Source: a bacterium (GTDB lineage Bacteria > UBP14 > UBA6098 > B30-G16). From it: a DNA stretch of 64,000 bases. Within the stretch, counting starts at the first letter, position 1. Every line of letters starts with the position of its first letter. Made by a program: the position numbers and the translations under genes. The notes beneath the pieces were generated by a model. The model searched no databases. It worked only from the letters and a program-made list of their open reading frames with translations, and was not told where the DNA came from. The stretch is from positions 7,771 to 71,770 of the forward strand of contig JAUWMV010000001.1 of assembly GCA_030613005.1 (NCBI GenBank). Direction: 5' to 3'. This document shows, in pieces, positions 59,360 through 64,000 of this stretch.

Positions 59360-60639
59360 CTCCAGAGGAGTTCGATGTAAGAAAAGTAGCACGGTTAAAA
59401 GTTTTTGGTGTCGGTGGTGCTGGAGGCAATGCCGTAACAAGGATGATCGAATCCGGGCTATATGGCGTGGATTTCTTTGCTGTTAATACTGATCTTCAGG
59501 CTCTGGACCGATGTGCTGCACCTATAAAAGTTCATATAGGCTCAAAGATGACCAGAGGTCTTGGTGCTGGTGGAGATCCAGAAATAGGAAGAAAAGCTGC
59601 AGAGGAGGATAAAGATCAATTAAAATCATTTCTTGAAGAAACGGATATGCTATTTGTTACAGCAGGAATGGGAGGTGGTACAGGAACAGGAGCAGCTCCT
59701 GTACTTGTTAAACTATCCAGAGAAATTGGTATTCTCACCGTAGCTGTCGTAACAAAACCTTTTAAGTTTGAAGCAAAAAGTAGACAACTCAATGCGGAAA
59801 AAGGGATTGAAGAGCTTAAAAGCATCGTTGATACGCTGATAGTTATTCCTAATGAGCGATTGTTAAGTCTTGTGGATAGAGATACGCCAATATTGAAAGC
59901 ATTTGCTATGGCAGATGAAGTTCTGTTTCATGCGACACAAGGAATCTCAGAGCTTATAACCAAACCGGGAATGATTAATCTCGATTTCGCGGATGTAAGA
60001 ACTGTCCTTGAAGGAATGGGCGGTGATGCTCTAATAGGAACAGGTTTTGCATCTGGAGAGAATCGTGCTATTGAAGCAGCCAAGAATGCAATTTCCAGTC
60101 CTCTTCTTGAGAATCTTAATATAACCGGTTCAAAGGGTGTATTAATAAACGTTTCAGGAGATCTATCATTGAGTCTTGCTGAGGCATCTGATGCCGCAAA
60201 TTTAATTGCTGAACAGGCTGGACCAGAGGCAAACATAATTTTTGGTGTCGTTGTCGATGATGATAAGCAGGACGAGATTCGAATTACAGTAATCGCAGCA
60301 GGATTCCAGCAGAATCAGAGAAACCGTCGTATGAGAGCACCGGTTACAGCAGCTCAAAGGTTTTCAAGAAGCTTCGACTATGCGGAAGGTGATAATTCAA
60401 CCGAAGAGACCAATACAACTTATAATGATGCGCCTAAGAATAAATTATATACTACTCGAAACCCAAATTTTGTGCCGGAATCTGAGTTTATGAAAGAAAA
60501 TTTGGGAAAAGAGATCGATGCTATGGAGACTGAAGTAGATTCTGATTTTGAAGAAGTAGAAAAAATTAAATTGCCAGGACTAATGGATTTTGCGCCTGAA
60601 GATTACGAAATTCCGTCTATATTACGAAAAATAGATTAA
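59344..60639 (+). CDS. ftsZ: Cell division protein FtsZ
   Basis: GVGGAGGNA, NTD, GMGGGTGTG, NLDFADV, C-terminal YEIPSILRK. Confidence 0.99.
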   Translation: MSFELAPEEFDVRKVARLKVFGVGGAGGNAVTRMIESGLYGVDFFAVNTDLQALDRCAAPIKVHIGSKMTRGLGAGGDPEIGRKAAEEDKDQLKSFLEETDMLFVTAGMGGGTGTGAAPVLVKLSREIGILTVAVVTKPFKFEAKSRQLNAEKGIEELKSIVDTLIVIPNERLLSLVDRDTPILKAFAMADEVLFHATQGISELITKPGMINLDFADVRTVLEGMGGDALIGTGFASGENRAIEAAKNAISSPLLENLNITGSKGVLINVSGDLSLSLAEASDAANLIAEQAGPEANIIFGVVVDDDKQDEIRITVIAAGFQQNQRNRRMRAPVTAAQRFSRSFDYAEGDNSTEETNTTYNDAPKNKLYTTRNPNFVPESEFMKENLGKEIDAMETEVDSDFEEVEKIKLPGLMDFAPEDYEIPSILRKID

Positions 60640-60779
60640 TCCTTTTTAGATAAGCTTACTTTAAGCCCGAGCATAAAGGTTCGAGCCTAATTAAACTTAA
60701 TCTATATTTGAACTTTTATAGTATACATGCTTTGACTATTTCGAATGTAAACGGTTAAGGGTTATGCAGAAAAACGAGT

Positions 60780-63700
60780 CTATCGAGCGTTTGTATTGTC
60801 TGGGGGTATGTCTTCATTAACTTGAGGAAAAGGTATCACACTGTCGCAGCCAAGTAATGCTGCATCGATGTTGATGTTATGCATATAAGTCTCTCTCCAA
60901 AGTCTAATTAAATAATTTCCGGGAGCAAGCTCGATTATACCATTATTAATAAGGTTCCAGCAACAATTTCCCTTTTGTATAAAGCCAACTAAACTCGAGG
61001 GTAAATTGGCAATGAGGGAAACTGTATCATTTCCTAATACTTTAATTTTATGGATATGAACTTGGCTTTCGGTGAGTTGCTTTACATCGACGATAAGTCT
61101 GACATCAGTTGGACCGAAATTGTCAATCAAAACAGCTTTATCTCTATCCGGATCGAAAGTGGGTGGGAAAGGAGGATAAGGAACATCGAATTTCTTGTCC
61201 AAAGTGTTTAATGCCGTCGTATCCATTCCAAAAATCAAAACAGAAATGGTATCATCCAAAGCATCGATAGCTGTTAACGTGCATGCATATTGTGGAAAGA
61301 AAAGAGTATCCGTTATACACGCATGAAAGATGTCACAATTTATATGGATTGCAGTATTCTCATGAGCAAAGAGCCAATATCCTCTTGAAGGTTCAAGATA
61401 ATCATCTGCTCTAATGTACTTTGAATTAATCCTATCCCAATCCCATATTGTTAGGTTTAAATGTGTATCCGAACGAAAATATGAAGAAGGAATAGGAATA
61501 TCCCACGGTCCGAATAAATTCCAGCCTTGAAGAAACGTAACTGAGGTGTCGGGAATCGATTCAGGATTGAAAAAATTTATTCTAAGTTCGCTATTTATCC
61601 AGCTCAGACTATCATGATAGAACCAAAATCCCATGAATTTCTCTGGTGACCACGTACTGCAACTGTGAAAACTATATGATTGAGTTGAATTGTCAAAATA
61701 TGTTAATTTTATCGAATCTGAACTAAAAATCCAAGTTAACTTTTCGCAGAAAGTATAATCAGTAATGTCTTGTGGATCACCGCTGCATAAGTTTAGCTTT
61801 GGCAAATTAAAGAAAGAATCGGGAAAGAACATAATTGTATAGCTTGAATCTAGAATATTATCGCTTTCGTTCCATTCATTAATATCGCTATAAATATCAA
61901 CCTCGACTTTGAATCTGTTATATAATGGGTGAGGATCATTTCGAGTAATGATAAAAACGGCAGTATCGGGATAAGCTCCCAGAAAAGGCAATGTGTCATA
62001 GGTAACATAGCTGTCGCAGAAAGAATAAAATATTGTCTTAAAAACAAAGGAACTTTCAACTGCTACTTCAGATAGATTTGCAATACTGACTTCTAAGGTG
62101 CATCCCTTGTAGAACGGTGTTGAACTCATTTTTATTTTGCCTACTGTGAGATTTGGAAGACCAAATGAAGGAATGATTTTCAGAGCTGGATCACCAAAAA
62201 GAGAATATTCGTTTTTATCGATATATTTTGCAGCACAAATTTCGCCAGCAAGTGAATAGTAATTATTAAATATATTTTTAATCATTATGTCACCTTTTGT
62301 GCTTGTACGGACAGCGCCAATGTATCCAATTGCACCTTTGTTCGCAGCATTAGTGAGTTCTTCACCTATGCAATCAAAATCTTTGTGCCAAAATTCTCCA
62401 GTATAGCAACTATGGACGATATAAAACGAATTGACTCCATCAGAAATATCTTCAATGTCTTCCTTATCGAATTGACCCCAACCCCATGCGCCTGCCCAAC
62501 CATGATTGTAGTGAATTACCCAGAATCTACCGTTGTTAATTTGATTTACAATGCTTTCACCTGTGACCCTGGCTTCAGCAGTGTCAGTGCTAAAAGTGTC
62601 TACAAGGATCACATTATCCCAAGATAAAGTTGGTGGTTTGTCTTCACCAACTAGATAATAATCTGTATAATTAATAGGTTCAATAGGGAATTGATTTGCA
62701 AAATTCCACATTTTAGCTTCATCTCTTGCATCGTACATTACACCTGCTCCACACATACCAGATACACAGAGTACTTGAAAATATGCTGCTGTATCGGGTG
62801 GGAGGGAATTTGGAATAGCGTTTTCATACGATTTAGTTTTCTTTACAATATTCCTAAGCTGTGTCGTATTACCCACTGGGAAACGACCCACATATATATC
62901 AGGTAAATTATCAGTGCAACTATCAATATCACCGTATTCCATATCAGAACCTGATTCATCCATCCAAAATCCATGAGTACTATCAAAAGTGCTATCTGGA
63001 TTATACTCAGGAATAAGGTAGTTTGTGCGTCTTACATTGTCGTTAGCATCACCAATAAGGAGTATGAATCCTAATTTGCCATCAGAGAAAGAAGGAGCGT
63101 AGCAAGAATCGTAAACATCTCTTATGCACATTTTAAGTTTTTCCCATTCTTCACTTAATGAGGAATAATGATCGTGAATAGCTTTATAGGGTATTGCTAA
63201 AACTTTAAATTGATTCAAATTTTTTCTGTGATTTCCAATTGTGTCAATCCAGCTGTTACCCCAGAATGTATCTGCAACGATCATTAAGTAATCGCATGTG
63301 TCCATAGAAAATAAAGCTGTAATAGAACTTACCGTGTCATATGAACCGCCAGTACTTTCCGGATGGAAAGGTGCAACGAATGCAGGCATATGCTCAGAAT
63401 TTAGAAGGAAAGAACGGCAGATATTTGACATAGGTCCAGCATCTGTGCAAACTTCAGATGATGAGCCATAAAAATCAACTTTTATACTTATAAATGAATG
63501 GACAGTTAATATACTATCATAGGCATTATAACGAAAAGGAGTTAAAGTAAATTCTAAAACTCTTTGCCCTCTTATATAACCAATCGATGTATTAAAATTA
63601 ATGGAAGGATAAAGGGTATCCTGACTCGTATAATAGTTCGAATCCATTGAGAATTCATAATGGTAGCCTATAGAATCTCTGATGAACTTAGGGACAGGAT

Positions 63701-63998
63701 AAATTAAAATATTGTGGAACGTTTTACTAATTTCATAATTCAAAGTAACAATGAAAGAATCACATTCTGGAATTGCGACTTGATCAATTATTAACGGCAA
63801 CTCGGGTAGTCCAACAGAATCTGTTGAAGCAAATATATCTTTTATGCTAATTCTATAAAATGAAGTTTGATTTTCAGATAAAGTATCTATCTCAAAACCC
63901 GGAATTTGGTAGAGTATTTCTATGTAATCGGTATTTGAATTTATTAAGTTTATGGATACTATGGAATCATCCGAATCGGTTTCCAATTTGATCCATCC
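60780..63998 (-). CDS. Gingipain-like C25 cysteine peptidase (propeptide, catalytic, CARDB-like domains); 5' truncated by window edge
   Basis: GLPELP propeptide, FILLIGD, PDIYVGRFP, YNHG (His), HSCYTGEF (Cys), GAIGYIGA, LFGDPAL, INEWNESDN; frame open to the right edge. Confidence 0.88.
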   Translation of the reverse strand, partial: GWIKLETDSDDSIVSINLINSNTDYIEILYQIPGFEIDTLSENQTSFYRISIKDIFASTDSVGLPELPLIIDQVAIPECDSFIVTLNYEISKTFHNILIYPVPKFIRDSIGYHYEFSMDSNYYTSQDTLYPSINFNTSIGYIRGQRVLEFTLTPFRYNAYDSILTVHSFISIKVDFYGSSSEVCTDAGPMSNICRSFLLNSEHMPAFVAPFHPESTGGSYDTVSSITALFSMDTCDYLMIVADTFWGNSWIDTIGNHRKNLNQFKVLAIPYKAIHDHYSSLSEEWEKLKMCIRDVYDSCYAPSFSDGKLGFILLIGDANDNVRRTNYLIPEYNPDSTFDSTHGFWMDESGSDMEYGDIDSCTDNLPDIYVGRFPVGNTTQLRNIVKKTKSYENAIPNSLPPDTAAYFQVLCVSGMCGAGVMYDARDEAKMWNFANQFPIEPINYTDYYLVGEDKPPTLSWDNVILVDTFSTDTAEARVTGESIVNQINNGRFWVIHYNHGWAGAWGWGQFDKEDIEDISDGVNSFYIVHSCYTGEFWHKDFDCIGEELTNAANKGAIGYIGAVRTSTKGDIMIKNIFNNYYSLAGEICAAKYIDKNEYSLFGDPALKIIPSFGLPNLTVGKIKMSSTPFYKGCTLEVSIANLSEVAVESSFVFKTIFYSFCDSYVTYDTLPFLGAYPDTAVFIITRNDPHPLYNRFKVEVDIYSDINEWNESDNILDSSYTIMFFPDSFFNLPKLNLCSGDPQDITDYTFCEKLTWIFSSDSIKLTYFDNSTQSYSFHSCSTWSPEKFMGFWFYHDSLSWINSELRINFFNPESIPDTSVTFLQGWNLFGPWDIPIPSSYFRSDTHLNLTIWDWDRINSKYIRADDYLEPSRGYWLFAHENTAIHINCDIFHACITDTLFFPQYACTLTAIDALDDTISVLIFGMDTTALNTLDKKFDVPYPPFPPTFDPDRDKAVLIDNFGPTDVRLIVDVKQLTESQVHIHKIKVLGNDTVSLIANLPSSLVGFIQKGNCCWNLINNGIIELAPGNYLIRLWRETYMHNINIDAALLGCDSVIPFPQVNEDIPPDNTNAR

Positions 63999-64000
63999 CG

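Noticed and set aside
60661-60690. Hairpin between convergent ftsZ and C25 genes as a terminator
   Set aside because: Stem has mismatches on both strands and no clear U tract; too weak to call

Overview
AT-rich core-chromosome window from a diderm bacterium with peptidoglycan (TonB-ExbBD, OmpA/PD40 lipoprotein, mDAP-type MurE). A gingipain-like C25 protease and divergent RNA polymerase motifs suggest a deep-branching, FCB-like lineage; this is inference, not a search result. From left to right: a partner-switching cluster (partial PP2C phosphatase, anti-sigma kinase, STAS protein, HATPase-GNAT fusion) and a lipoprotein with a pilin-like tail; assorted housekeeping genes; free-standing tRNA-Ala/tRNA-Ile; tRNA-Trp-secE-nusG-rplKAJL-rpoBC-rpsL with no rpsG/fusA after it; an HtrA/PDZ relic; BatD-like and MoxR genes; an AsrA/AsrB(Flx)-like pair; pyrR-pyrB-murA; gpsA; two tRNA-Ser genes; an MscS-like gene; exbB-exbD-exbD-tonB; clpP; a dcw cluster from mraZ to ftsZ without ddl; and a partial C25 peptidase. 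I saw no CRISPR array, IS element, prophage or rRNA. The best candidate for an undescribed system is the partner-switching module ending in a kinase-acetyltransferase fusion. All calls rest on reading motifs by eye; no database searches were run.
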